The notes beneath the pieces were generated by a model, which searched no databases, was not told the origin of the DNA, and saw only the letters and a list, made by a program, of their open reading frames with translations. Shown piece after piece: positions 32,805-43,297 of a stretch of 64,000 bases of DNA. The first letter of the stretch is position 1. The number at the start of each line of letters is the position of its first letter. Source of the DNA: Candidatus Cloacimonadales bacterium (GTDB lineage Bacteria > Cloacimonadota > Cloacimonadia > Cloacimonadales > JAFGVF01). The position numbers and the translations under genes are program-made. Location: the NCBI GenBank assembly GCA_963677495.2, contig CAXXOU010000004.1, positions 1 to 64,000 on the forward strand, written 5' to 3'.

Positions 32805-33962
32805 ATGAAAGAATTGATTAGGTTTCTTAGCTCAGAAAGTAATAGTGAGTTGATAAAGTCAATAGAGTCCGAGTATCCACTCTCAATGAATAGGTTGGAG
32901 TACTATACAAAGACTTTCTCTGATTTGCCGATTAAAGAGTTTCTCACTCTCCTTAGATTACGTAAGAAGGTGGAGAAGCGTATTCCTGATGCTCATAAGC
33001 TGGTGTTTACAGAAAAGGGTGCTATGCAGTCAAGTTCAACGGTGCTTGCACAATACCATGCGGAACTTCTTGAAGAATACAATACGATAGCTGATTTGTG
33101 CTGTGGTTGCGGAATAGATTTAATAGCAATTGCAAAAGGTAAGAGTCTGTGTTATGCTGTTGACTTAGATGAAAATACTCTTGCATGTGCAGTATATAAC
33201 TGCTCAATACATGCTCTTGATAAAGTCAGTTTTTTGCAAACAAAATCAGAAGAGTTTAACAGGTCTGTTGATGCCATCTTTGCTGATCCGGATAGAAGAC
33301 CGGGTAACAGCAGAAAACATTCAGCTGATTCTATATCTCCAAGCTTAAATGAGTTGCTTAAACTAAGAGCTCTGACACCTAATATGGCGATTAAGCTATC
33401 TCCGATTATGGATTATAAGAGCTTAGAACTACCGAAAGATTCAACGCTCATGTTTGTCTCAGAATCAGGAACAATGAAGGAGATACTCTTAACAACAGGG
33501 GAGTTATCACGAGAAGGAGTTGATAGAGTTGCTATTCAGTTACCTGAGAAAAGAGAATATATCAGGAATGAAAAGCTAGTATCTGTTACAGATATTAGTA
33601 AGTATTTATATGAACCTGACCCTGCAATTATCAGAGGAGGCATGGTTCAGGACTTAGCTTTTCAGGAGGAGATGACTCTCATAGACTCCCATTTAGCTAT
33701 CACAACTTCAGAGGAATCAAAGACAAGTAGTTGGTATAAAACATTTAAAGTGCTGAAGATAATGTCATACAATCGCAAGCAACTGCAAAAGTATCTTACA
33801 GCAAATCATATTGGTGATTTAACAATAAAGCCACGTGGATTCCCGGAAGAAACTGAGAAGTTCAAGAAGAAATTGAAACTTAAAGGAAATAACAAAGCTA
33901 CTTGTTTTATCCTACGAATCGGGACTGGTCATACACTTGTTTTCGTAGAGAGAGTTAACTAG
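32805..33962 (+). CDS. Class I SAM-dependent methyltransferase with THUMP-like C-terminus
   Basis: DLCCGCGID, DPDRR, IKLSP, YLYEPDPAIIR. Confidence 0.8.
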   Translation: MKELIRFLSSESNSELIKSIESEYPLSMNRLEYYTKTFSDLPIKEFLTLLRLRKKVEKRIPDAHKLVFTEKGAMQSSSTVLAQYHAELLEEYNTIADLCCGCGIDLIAIAKGKSLCYAVDLDENTLACAVYNCSIHALDKVSFLQTKSEEFNRSVDAIFADPDRRPGNSRKHSADSISPSLNELLKLRALTPNMAIKLSPIMDYKSLELPKDSTLMFVSESGTMKEILLTTGELSREGVDRVAIQLPEKREYIRNEKLVSVTDISKYLYEPDPAIIRGGMVQDLAFQEEMTLIDSHLAITTSEESKTSSWYKTFKVLKIMSYNRKQLQKYLTANHIGDLTIKPRGFPEETEKFKKKLKLKGNNKATCFILRIGTGHTLVFVERVN

Positions 33963-34019
33963 TTACTGATTATTTCTATTGACGCATAACCCGACATATA
34001 ATTTTATATTAGACCTTAT

Positions 34020-34613
34020 ATGAAAAAGTCAAAATTGTTTAGTAAGATTGCATTGATTATATTATTAGTATCAGGATTATCAGGTTGTGATATTTTCGAA
34101 CCAAGAGATGCTGAAGATCCTACTCAACCGCAGAAGTGGAATGAGTTCTTCACTGCTTGGGAGCTTACGCTTGAAAATCTTGAGTTTGCCTATGAAGACA
34201 AACGTAATAAAGATAATTATGTGCAGATATTGACTGATGATTTTGAGTTTCACATGGATGATAATGATGCCTTGGATTTAGGATTAAACAAGCAATACTC
34301 TTGGAACAGGCAATCAGAACTCAATCTTTTAGAGAATATGCATGCTTATCTCTCTGATAATGAGGGAGAGATAGAGATAATGTTTTCAGTAGAGAACTCA
34401 TCCAGTAGTGGAATTAATGAAGTTGAAGTAGATATCATTTATGATATTACTAGGATAATTGCTTCTGATTCTACTGCCACTTTCCGTGGTGATGCTACTA
34501 TCTTCTTTGAGGAGGATGGTGGATATTGGTATTTAAAGAAGTTTTATGATTATAGAGATGAAGAACTCGCAGAACCAACATGGGGAATGATGAAGTATGA
34601 ATATGTTCAATAA
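34020..34613 (+). CDS. Hypothetical lipoprotein
   Basis: Lipobox LSGC; LENLEFAYE..L.DDF.F similar to the next ORF. Confidence 0.75.
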   Translation: MKKSKLFSKIALIILLVSGLSGCDIFEPRDAEDPTQPQKWNEFFTAWELTLENLEFAYEDKRNKDNYVQILTDDFEFHMDDNDALDLGLNKQYSWNRQSELNLLENMHAYLSDNEGEIEIMFSVENSSSSGINEVEVDIIYDITRIIASDSTATFRGDATIFFEEDGGYWYLKKFYDYRDEELAEPTWGMMKYEYVQ

Positions 34614-35193
34614 GATGTTTAGAATACTAGTTATTGGAGTTAGTCTATTCGCTTTTGCATGTAGTGAGAATCCCTTTAATCCTGCGATGATAGACAATAT
34701 ATCAACTTCAACTGACTACGACTTTTCTACTCCAACTAAAGTAATCGAAAATTTGGTTAGAGCATATGAACAGAAGAATATAGAACTTTTCAAGCAATGT
34801 CTTGCCGAGGAGTTCAGATTTGAGCTTATAGCATCTGATGCAGATGATATAGGAATAGATATGGATGGTGATGGAATTAAGGATAGTTGGTGGGGATATC
34901 AGCAGGAGATACTTACTCATGAGAACCTTTTTGAGAATGGCTCAAACAGTTATCCTCCGCCTGATCAAATCTCTTTGGATATTCCAACCGGAATAATTAC
35001 CTGGTATGAGGATAATGAGTATGCTGATCTTGGTTATCTACATACTGATGTTCGTTTCAATCTGCTATTACAATTCAATACAGGGCAGACCTTCAGTGCC
35101 TCCGGCTATTCCAGATACTACATTGTCAATGTTGGCACAGATGTTGAACCGCACTGGAGTATCATCATCTGGCGCGACAACTCCTGGTTATAA
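34597..35193 (+). CDS. Hypothetical lipoprotein, distant paralog of 34020-34613
   Basis: Lipobox AFAC; IENLVRAYE..L.EEF.F. Confidence 0.75.
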   Translation: MNMFNKMFRILVIGVSLFAFACSENPFNPAMIDNISTSTDYDFSTPTKVIENLVRAYEQKNIELFKQCLAEEFRFELIASDADDIGIDMDGDGIKDSWWGYQQEILTHENLFENGSNSYPPPDQISLDIPTGIITWYEDNEYADLGYLHTDVRFNLLLQFNTGQTFSASGYSRYYIVNVGTDVEPHWSIIIWRDNSWL

Positions 35194-35198
35194 GCTGA

Positions 35199-35615
35199 AT
35201 GTATAGTCGAATCATGGCCATAGATTATGGTGAGAAGAGAATTGGATTAGCCCTAACTGACCTAATGCAGATGTTTGCAAAACCCTTCGAAACTATCCCA
35301 AATGAAGGAAAGAAAAAGGTCTTTGCTAAGCTTAATGATCTAATCAAAGAGAAAGAGGTAAGTCTCGTTGTTCTTGGTTTACCATTAGGTTTAGAGGGTC
35401 AGCATACAGATAAAACCAGAGAGATTCTAAGATTCCATGAAGCTCTTGAGAAAGCTATAGAAACACCCATAGTGCTTTGGGATGAAAGGTTGACAACTTA
35501 TGAAGCTAAGCAGGAACTTATTAAGATGGGATACAATCCTATCAAGGGAAGGAAAGTCATTGATGCAGTAGCAGCATATATGATCCTGAGAAATTACTTA
35601 AAGGCAAATCAATAG
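35199..35615 (+). CDS. ruvX: RuvX/YqgF resolvase-like nuclease
   Basis: AIDYGEKRIGLA, VLGLP, DERLTT, IDAVAA. Confidence 0.93.
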   Translation: MYSRIMAIDYGEKRIGLALTDLMQMFAKPFETIPNEGKKKVFAKLNDLIKEKEVSLVVLGLPLGLEGQHTDKTREILRFHEALEKAIETPIVLWDERLTTYEAKQELIKMGYNPIKGRKVIDAVAAYMILRNYLKANQ

Positions 35616-36611
35616 ATGGATAATAAAAATAAACTTATCATTGCAACAGCCATTATTCTGGCTGTTTTTCTTATACTCGTAGCAGCATTAACAATTCCAA
35701 TGAAGATTGACCGTACAACCCTTGTAATTAACAGAGGTGATTCTGCAATACGTATCGCTGATAAGCTGAAAGATAAAGGCTTAATCAGGTATCCATTCCT
35801 ATTCAAGCTTGCGTCTGCTATAACCGGGAACGATAAGAATCTTAAACCGGGACGTTATATCTTCGAAGTAGAATCCAATGCTTTTATCGCTCTTGATAAG
35901 ATATGCACCGGTGATTATGAGCTCATCCATGTGACTATTCCGGAAGGACTTTCACTTACTAAAACACTTTCAATTGTAGCTTCTTCATTAGATTTATCAT
36001 TTGAGGAGATGAAGAATCTTGCTACTAATCCACTATTCTGTAAATCCCTTACCGGGCTAGAAATCGATACTTTAGAAGGTTTCCTTTATCCAGAGACTTA
36101 CCACTTTGAAGAGAGTACATCAGTTTCTCAAGCTTTAAGAGTAATGGTAAACTTAGCTAAGAAGAAGTTCAATGAAGTTGGCATTGGTAGTATTGAACAA
36201 CTTAATTACTACGAAACAGTCAATCTTGCTTCGATTGTAGAATTAGAAGCTAAAGATTCTTCTGAAATGCCTGTCATTGCTGATGTTTATCTAAAAAGAC
36301 TAAGGAAGGGAATCAAGCTTGGAGCAAGTCCAACAGTCCAATATCTACTCGAGAAGAAAGGTAAAAGGCGTAAGTTTCTATACTATAAAGACACTGAAAT
36401 TGAATCCCCCTACAATACATATCTAAACTATGGATTACCACCAACCCCAATTTGTAGCCCTTCCGCAAGAGCAGTTGAAGCTGTAATCAGTCCTGCTGAC
36501 ACGGATTTCTTGTACTTCTTCGCCGATGGCAGCGGTAAGCATATATTCACTAAGTCCTATAAAGAACATCTCAATATGCGTAAGAAGCATAAGATGAATG
36601 GGAGTAAATAG
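35616..36611 (+). CDS. mltG: Endolytic transglycosylase MltG
   Basis: TIPEG, LEGFLYPETY, LASIVELE, SPYNTY, GLPPTPI. Confidence 0.92.
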   Translation: MDNKNKLIIATAIILAVFLILVAALTIPMKIDRTTLVINRGDSAIRIADKLKDKGLIRYPFLFKLASAITGNDKNLKPGRYIFEVESNAFIALDKICTGDYELIHVTIPEGLSLTKTLSIVASSLDLSFEEMKNLATNPLFCKSLTGLEIDTLEGFLYPETYHFEESTSVSQALRVMVNLAKKKFNEVGIGSIEQLNYYETVNLASIVELEAKDSSEMPVIADVYLKRLRKGIKLGASPTVQYLLEKKGKRRKFLYYKDTEIESPYNTYLNYGLPPTPICSPSARAVEAVISPADTDFLYFFADGSGKHIFTKSYKEHLNMRKKHKMNGSK

Positions 36612-36820
36612 CAAAGGTCATCATCGGGCTTAGTAGAGTTATAAATTCTAATTATATAGGCATCTATAAAACATATATTGACTAATTGTGCCCTCATAAA
36701 TCTAATGCCGTACCTCTCCACAAACCAAAGTACGTAAATTGTGGCAGAGAGTTTTCGTGAAGCAAGCGACCCTAATAACTCCTTTAGTAGTTTGCTTTGA
36801 CGACATTACTTGGAGGAATT

Positions 36821-38032
36821 ATGCCTACATTTGACACAGGCTCCACTGGATTTATGCTTTTAGCAACCAGTCTCGTGATGCTTATGACACCCGGATTAGC
36901 CTTTTTCTACGGTGGTCTTGCATCAAAAAGAAACATTCTCGGAATCATGATTCAGAGTTTTGTATCTCTTGGAATCACAACAATGATGTGGTATTCAATT
37001 GGTTATACACTCTGTTTCAGCGGAACAGGTCCGATAATCGGTAACTTTGAACACATCTTCTTAAGAGGAATTGACTCATTAACACCTTTCGGTGATGGCT
37101 CTATCCCTCTGCTATTATTTGTAGCGTACCAGATGATGTTTGCAATTATCACTCCGGCACTGATAACAGGTGCATTTACCGGACGTGTATCCTTTAAAGC
37201 TTATCTAATCTTCCTCGTCTTATGGCAACTACTGGTTTATTACCCGTTTGTTCACATGATTTGGGGTGGTGGTATCTTAGCTCAATGGGGAGTTATGGAC
37301 TTTGCAGGAGGAATAGTTGTGCATGTTACAGCCGGTTTTGCTGCTTTAGCGTCCGTCTTCTTTGTCGGCTCAAGATTGGATAAGAATGCAAAACCAAACA
37401 GTATCCCACTGGTAGCTATTGGTACCGGGTTATTATGGTTTGGTTGGTACGGATTTAATGCAGGTAGTGAGTTACAAGTAGATAATATCACTGCTCTTGC
37501 TTTCTTAAATACAGACGTTGCAGCTTCTTTTGCAACAGTTACATGGCTAATAGTTGAATGGGCACGCGAAGGTAAGCCTAAGTTCGTAGGACTTATGACA
37601 GGTGCTGTTGCCGGTTTGGCAACTATCACACCTGCAGCTGGTTTTGTACCTGTTTGGGCTGCAGCTATTATTGGTATTGTGGCCAGTCTTGTCTGCTATG
37701 TCGCAGTTCACATTAAAAACAAGCGCGGTTGGGATGATGCTCTCGATGTATGGGGAGTTCATGGTGTTGGTGGTTTTATCGGTACAATAATGCTTGGTAT
37801 TTTTGCTTCAAATAAAATCAATGGCAGTATTACTGATGGACTTCTTAACGGCAATCCACGTTTCTTCTTGATTCAAGTTGCAGCAACTGTTGGGGCAGCC
37901 ATATATGCCTATTTCTTTACCTACTTTATGCTTTGGTTGATTAACAAAGTGACCCCTGTAAGAGTTTCAGAAGCAGAAGAGAAGCTCGGACTAGACCACT
38001 CTCAGCATCAAGAAAAAGCATATACTAATTAG
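36821..38032 (+). CDS. amtB: Ammonium transporter
   Basis: MTPGLAFFYGG, YQMMFAIIT, DFAGG.VVH, LWFGWYGFN, DDALDV.GVHG; GGAGG RBS. Confidence 0.95.
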   Translation: MPTFDTGSTGFMLLATSLVMLMTPGLAFFYGGLASKRNILGIMIQSFVSLGITTMMWYSIGYTLCFSGTGPIIGNFEHIFLRGIDSLTPFGDGSIPLLLFVAYQMMFAIITPALITGAFTGRVSFKAYLIFLVLWQLLVYYPFVHMIWGGGILAQWGVMDFAGGIVVHVTAGFAALASVFFVGSRLDKNAKPNSIPLVAIGTGLLWFGWYGFNAGSELQVDNITALAFLNTDVAASFATVTWLIVEWAREGKPKFVGLMTGAVAGLATITPAAGFVPVWAAAIIGIVASLVCYVAVHIKNKRGWDDALDVWGVHGVGGFIGTIMLGIFASNKINGSITDGLLNGNPRFFLIQVAATVGAAIYAYFFTYFMLWLINKVTPVRVSEAEEKLGLDHSQHQEKAYTN

Positions 38033-38079
38033 TTAATTCTGAGTAGGTAAGGGAGTTAACCCACTCAAAACAATTTACT

Positions 38080-38105
38080 GCACAGCAGGTTCAATCCTGC
38101 TGTGC
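38080..38105. terminator. Stem-loop after amtB (no clear U tract)
   Basis: GCACAGCAGG-ttcaat-CCTGCTGTGC. Confidence 0.5.
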
Positions 38106-38127
38106 CTATCTAATATAGGCTCATTAT

Positions 38128-39966
38128 ATGAACTTACAACACATGAAGATGCAGATATTCGAGTTGGGATTACTTATCCTAATGGCTTATGTCTGCGGTT
38201 TACTTGCTAAAAAAATCAAGGTGGGAGCTGTCATAGGTCAGATATTCGGTGGAATATTAGTAGGTCCACACTTTCTGGAACTACTACATAAACTCCTTAT
38301 GAATCATCCCCAATGGTCTCACCTTACACTAATAAAACCAATGTACCATTTCTATAGTAATGGTTTTTCGGAATATAGTGAAATACTGGAAAGCTATCAT
38401 TTCTTTGTATTCCTGTTTCTGGGGTTAATAGCTTTTTCTATAGGGGAAGAGCTACACAGAGATAGACTTAAACAGGTTGGATTCAAAGCCTTTATCATCT
38501 GTATGATCCAAGGACTATTAACTTTTTTCCTGATTGCTTTTGGGTTCAGGTTTATCTTTGGAATGACATGGATTGTATCGCTTATCATAGGTTCTATCGG
38601 TATCGCTACAGCTCCGGCTTTGACCTTTATTCTTATGGCAAAGTTAAAGATTACAGGTCGCTTAAAGCAGTTGCTAGCTAATATTGTTGTGCTTGACGAT
38701 ATACTTGAGGTTATCATGTTCTCGATATTCTTGAGTATCGCTATGGCACAACAATCTGCACATGACATCTCCGGTTTCCATATCTTCAAAGAAGTAGCAC
38801 TGGAATTAGTTTTAGCTGTTGGTATTGGAGTTGTCATCTTTATGATTCTAAAGGTAACGATAAGAGAGCGTAGTAAGGATAATGAGGAGGAAGAGGAGGA
38901 AGGTTCATTCCTTTCGACTGTTCTATCTCAGCATCCGACACCGTCAGTGGAGATTTTGTTGATTGTTTTAGCTATCGTTGCTATTGGTATTTCGATTGCC
39001 ATACACTTCAATTTACCGTTTCTTATTACTGCTGTAACAGCCGGTTTCTTAATCTCAAACCTGCATAACAATGCAATCTTTGATTCATTGAAAATAGAGA
39101 ATGTAATGCCAATAATGAACTTACTGTTCTTCGCCATTATTGGTGCAAGCGTCCGATTGGAAAGTTTCTCTGGAGAGACAATCCTTTATGTAATCGGATA
39201 TATAGCCTTCCGTTCAGCCGGTAAGCTAATCGGTAATTATGGTGGAGCTAAGATGACAGGTCAAGACCCCAAGATTACAGCTGCATTGCCAAAGCTCATG
39301 CTACCTCAAGCAGGTATGGCAGCAGTAGAAACTATTCTTGTTGCCTCTGTTCTGAAGGCTAATGGAGAGATTATCTTCAATACGATTATCCCTGCTTTGG
39401 TTGTGTTTGAACTTGGTGGAGCTTATCTTTCAGAAAAGACTCTTATCAAATGGAAGAATGTTTCATTAGGAGAAAAGGAAGCATTAAAGCAAACAGTTTC
39501 CGGTAATACTCCGGACAGTTTGTCATCTCTTATAGGTGATAGAGTTGTTCGCATGATGGCAAATACTAAGCATGAAGCTTTGTTCGAGCTCTCTCAAGTT
39601 TTTGTTCGCAAAGGAATTATTAATGAAACTGCAGATGTTACACCCGCTTTACAACAGCGAGAAAAGCTCTCCAGTACTGCAATTGGCAAAGGTGTTGCAA
39701 TTCCGCATTGTAGAGTTCCACATATCGAGAAAACCATGATTGTTTGTGGTATCTCTAGTCATGGGATTGATTGGAAGAGCCCTGATGGACAGGATGTCAA
39801 CGTGATGTTCTTAATTCTAACCCCTGAAAGTAGACCACAAGAGCATTTAAAAGCTCTCTCACTGATAGCTTCTGTAGCTAAGCGAAAAGACTTCGTAAAA
39901 GAACTATCTGATGCTGTGCTATCGAAAAATGAAGCGAAATGGTCTGAGATAATGACTATTTCATAA
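38128..39966 (+). CDS. Cation:proton antiporter (CPA2-like) fused to a PTS EIIA (Ntr/Fru-type) domain
   Basis: Multi-TM region with ATAPA, LDD, LPQAG; C-terminal REKLSSTAIGKGVAIPH. Confidence 0.85.
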   Translation: MNLQHMKMQIFELGLLILMAYVCGLLAKKIKVGAVIGQIFGGILVGPHFLELLHKLLMNHPQWSHLTLIKPMYHFYSNGFSEYSEILESYHFFVFLFLGLIAFSIGEELHRDRLKQVGFKAFIICMIQGLLTFFLIAFGFRFIFGMTWIVSLIIGSIGIATAPALTFILMAKLKITGRLKQLLANIVVLDDILEVIMFSIFLSIAMAQQSAHDISGFHIFKEVALELVLAVGIGVVIFMILKVTIRERSKDNEEEEEEGSFLSTVLSQHPTPSVEILLIVLAIVAIGISIAIHFNLPFLITAVTAGFLISNLHNNAIFDSLKIENVMPIMNLLFFAIIGASVRLESFSGETILYVIGYIAFRSAGKLIGNYGGAKMTGQDPKITAALPKLMLPQAGMAAVETILVASVLKANGEIIFNTIIPALVVFELGGAYLSEKTLIKWKNVSLGEKEALKQTVSGNTPDSLSSLIGDRVVRMMANTKHEALFELSQVFVRKGIINETADVTPALQQREKLSSTAIGKGVAIPHCRVPHIEKTMIVCGISSHGIDWKSPDGQDVNVMFLILTPESRPQEHLKALSLIASVAKRKDFVKELSDAVLSKNEAKWSEIMTIS

Positions 39967-39971
39967 TAGAT

Positions 39972-40002
39972 TAGGGAGTTTCTTGTTAAAAGGAACTCCC
40001 TA
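39972..40002 (+). terminator. Intrinsic terminator
   Basis: TAGGGAGTT...AACTCCCTA hairpin. Confidence 0.65.
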
Positions 40003-40197
40003 TTATCATTAACCAATCCGACTTACCTGACCATGGGTAAATGCGTGGATAAACGGTACAGTCGCATTAAAGAACTATCCGTTTCGTAGTACTCACAATA
40101 GACAGGAAACGTATAAGTTATGACTTATATTAACTTTTCTCTTGCCACAACAAACGAGTTATTGTTAAATTGATTCCATAATCAAAAGGAGTTCAAA

Positions 40198-42498
40198 ATG
40201 AAACGACGACACCTATGGTGGTTGTTGTTAATAGCACCTCTCGTGCTATCAGCTACAACCATTCAGGTTCATCTTGAAGATGAACTGCAATTTTCTACTA
40301 TCCAAAATGCTATTAACTATGCTGCAGAAGGGGATACAATTTTTGTTGGTCCCGGTGTTTATCACGAAAACTTAGATTTTAATGGACGATCTAATCTAAC
40401 ATTAATGTCAGTTGCCGGTGAAGATATTACAGTTATTGATGGCTCTTATGATGCATCACCTTGTATTCGAATGACAAGCGGAGAATCGAATATAACAATA
40501 TCAGGATTTTCTATTCGTGGAGCAAGAGATGGTAACGAAGCCTATTTTCGTGGCTCAGGTATGCATCTTGATGAAACAAGTAATATCACCTTAGAAAACC
40601 TTATGATATATGACAATGTGGGTGGAGGATTACTCATATATGATTCACAAGATGTCTTCCTATCAAATCTTACTATTAAGAATAATATTGGAAGTTATGG
40701 TGGTGGTATTACTCTTGGGGATAATACAGATTTAGTTTTTGATCCAATCAATAGATGTAGCATTTATGATAACTACTCCCAATTTGGTATGGACATTTTC
40801 AGTAGAGATGACTTTGATATCTATTTAGATAAATACACTTTCCCATACTCGGATAGATCTACATATTACTATTACGAAAATGGAGGGTGGCAGTCATCGT
40901 ATACAACTCCTTCTGGAGTATTTGATGTACTACAACCTGTACATCAGTTTATAAATAGTGATGCCTATGTTAGTCCTACAGGTTCAGATGATAATGACGG
41001 ATTAACTCCAGGAACTCCTTTGAAAACACCATGGATTGCCTGTTTGAGAGCTAAACCATCTGATAATGATACACTGACAATTCACCTATCTGAAGGAACT
41101 CATTTCAATCAGGCCTTCGGGAAAGATGTAGGAATTTTAGTACGTGATCACACAATATTGCAGGGAGTAGATAAGCAAGAGACAAGAATTGAACTATCAT
41201 GTTTACCGAAGGATATAAATGCTATACATTTAGAGGAACATGCTGAATATACCTCTATCAGAGATTTCACACTAAGCAACTTTACTAACTGTTCTTTACA
41301 TGGCTATTGGCTTTCTAATATTGATGTTACTAATGTTAGCTTCGAAAATAGTGCTTATTCAGGAAGAGATGATCTGATTGAAATCTTGGGCGAAGATACT
41401 GTTGTTAGCTTTGAAAGAGTTGACTTTATCAACAATTTCAATAATAGAGATATAACTAAGTTAGTTGATATAAAGGCCGAAAATGTAACCTTAACTAATT
41501 GCTGTTTTCAGAATAATAGTTTTGAACATACAAGTCAGAGATATAATTCAATCGGTTTATTGAATGTTAAAGCAAGTGAGTTTGCAAGTGTAGTTAACTG
41601 CTCTTTTATCGGTAACAGGACTGATCATCCTTATTATTTACATTTTGATGGCATCAACACAGATGACAATTTACATATTTTAATCGATAATTGCATATTT
41701 ATTGATAACAATACATCACGAATAGTTCGAACAGAAGCAAATCATACATATATATATAACTGTACTTTTTATAATAGTGGAAATATGAAACCACATCTTA
41801 TTACTAGTTGGTTTAACTATCCTATTACCTTAAAGAATTGTCTATTCGATGAAGTCTTTCCAATGACGATTATAGGTGTGATAGACAGTTTAACTTTTGT
41901 AGATTATTGTGCTCATCCAAGAGATGAATGGAGATTGGGTGTTGAACCAAGCCAGATGGGATCACATGTTTGGCACAATGCAGACATCAGAACAACAGAT
42001 GGTGAAATGGACAGCATTGAATCATGCTTCTATGATGAGACCAACTCAATTCATTTGTCTGACCCAATTGATAACGGCACAATGGATCCCAATGATTTCT
42101 ATCCGGGTTATTCTCTCCCTGAATTTGATATTCTAGGGAACCCAAGAGTATATAATAACTCGATAGATATAGGAGCTATAGAGTATTATCCTCCCACAAG
42201 TACTCATGAAATTGTTAATTCTTCTACTATCTCTCTAACCAACTACCCTAATCCCTTTAACCCAACCACAACGATAGCATTCAACTTGCCTGAAAACGAT
42301 AAAGTTGAGTTATCTATCTACAATATCAAAGGGCAGAAGATAAACACACTGGTGAATGATATTATGCAATCAGGCAATCATACAATAGTATGGAATGGGG
42401 AAGACAGCAATGGTAAGTTGGTTGGTTCAGGTTTTTACTTCTATCAGATTAAGACAGGGAATGTAACTGAGTGTAAAAGAATGCTACTTATGAAATAG
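40198..42498 (+). CDS. Secreted parallel beta-helix protein with FlgD-Ig / T9SS type-A-like C-terminal domain
   Basis: TIQNAI..A.EGDTI.V.PG.Y.E, YVSPTGSDDNDG, IDIGAIEY, NYPNPFNPTTTI...IYNIKGQ...WNG...SGFYFY...KRMLLMK. Confidence 0.85.
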   Translation: MKRRHLWWLLLIAPLVLSATTIQVHLEDELQFSTIQNAINYAAEGDTIFVGPGVYHENLDFNGRSNLTLMSVAGEDITVIDGSYDASPCIRMTSGESNITISGFSIRGARDGNEAYFRGSGMHLDETSNITLENLMIYDNVGGGLLIYDSQDVFLSNLTIKNNIGSYGGGITLGDNTDLVFDPINRCSIYDNYSQFGMDIFSRDDFDIYLDKYTFPYSDRSTYYYYENGGWQSSYTTPSGVFDVLQPVHQFINSDAYVSPTGSDDNDGLTPGTPLKTPWIACLRAKPSDNDTLTIHLSEGTHFNQAFGKDVGILVRDHTILQGVDKQETRIELSCLPKDINAIHLEEHAEYTSIRDFTLSNFTNCSLHGYWLSNIDVTNVSFENSAYSGRDDLIEILGEDTVVSFERVDFINNFNNRDITKLVDIKAENVTLTNCCFQNNSFEHTSQRYNSIGLLNVKASEFASVVNCSFIGNRTDHPYYLHFDGINTDDNLHILIDNCIFIDNNTSRIVRTEANHTYIYNCTFYNSGNMKPHLITSWFNYPITLKNCLFDEVFPMTIIGVIDSLTFVDYCAHPRDEWRLGVEPSQMGSHVWHNADIRTTDGEMDSIESCFYDETNSIHLSDPIDNGTMDPNDFYPGYSLPEFDILGNPRVYNNSIDIGAIEYYPPTSTHEIVNSSTISLTNYPNPFNPTTTIAFNLPENDKVELSIYNIKGQKINTLVNDIMQSGNHTIVWNGEDSNGKLVGSGFYFYQIKTGNVTECKRMLLMK

Positions 42499-42511
42499 AC
42501 TGATTGGCTAT

Positions 42512-43130
42512 GACTTACCGCATTTCAGGGAGTTTGCCGGACTGATAAGGAGAGCGGACTTCCTAAAATGCACTTCGAAGGAATCAGGCTTAGGTTTTCG
42601 TCATCGCCCCACACTTCGCTGCGGCCTGTCGGGGCGTAGCTTATAAGCGAAGATTGGTGCAAGTTAGAAAAGTATATACAGTCTCAGAAGCAGTCACCAG
42701 TGCGAGTTTACGAGCTTGGGGATATGTGGAAAAGATATGTTATCCGGTTACGCATTTCCCCGAACTCCCGCTAGTCGTAATGGTGACTGCTTCAGAATAC
42801 ATACACAGTGCAATTAGCAATGACTTACAACATTGGAGTCATAGTGAGTTTACGAGTTGGACTCATAGTGCTGTACCTTTGCCATTTTTCGCTATTCACC
42901 CATCTCCCTTCGGTCGCTATTGCGACAGCTTCAGAAAGATATACTCAGTGGCTTTTGCAATAACTTAGCTACACTTAATGCCCTTTTTACTCTCTTTTAC
43001 TGCTCTATCCATCAACGCACTGTGTCTGCACTGTGCACGCACTGTGAAGGCACTGCCAACCCACTGTTTCACTGGGTATACAGTGCGTGCACAGTGGGAA
43101 CACAGTGGGATGACTGCGTTTTGATAGAGA
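42512..43130. repeat. Modular composite intergenic repeat, copy 2, with inserted REP doublet and CACTG 11-bp array
   Basis: Matches 441-899; CACTG at 43018, 43029, 43040, 43051, 43062 and CAGTG at 43081, 43092, 43103. Confidence 0.9.
42687..42794. repeat. Inverted doublet of family-2 REP-like elements
   Basis: GAAGCAGTCACCA...GGGGA and TTCCCC...TGGTGACTGCTTC; absent from copy 1 of the composite repeat. Confidence 0.8.
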
Positions 43131-43297
43131 CTTATAAGAAAGTGAGAAACAAATTACTTTATAGAGAAAGAAAAGTTTGGTTTAGTAAAGCTAGAGCTAA
43201 AAAATAACATGATGCTATAGAACCGAATAATCTGAAAGGATTAGGTTTAGAGCTTGAAGTCGGATATAGATAATTTAACTAACCTAAAAGAGTCTGA

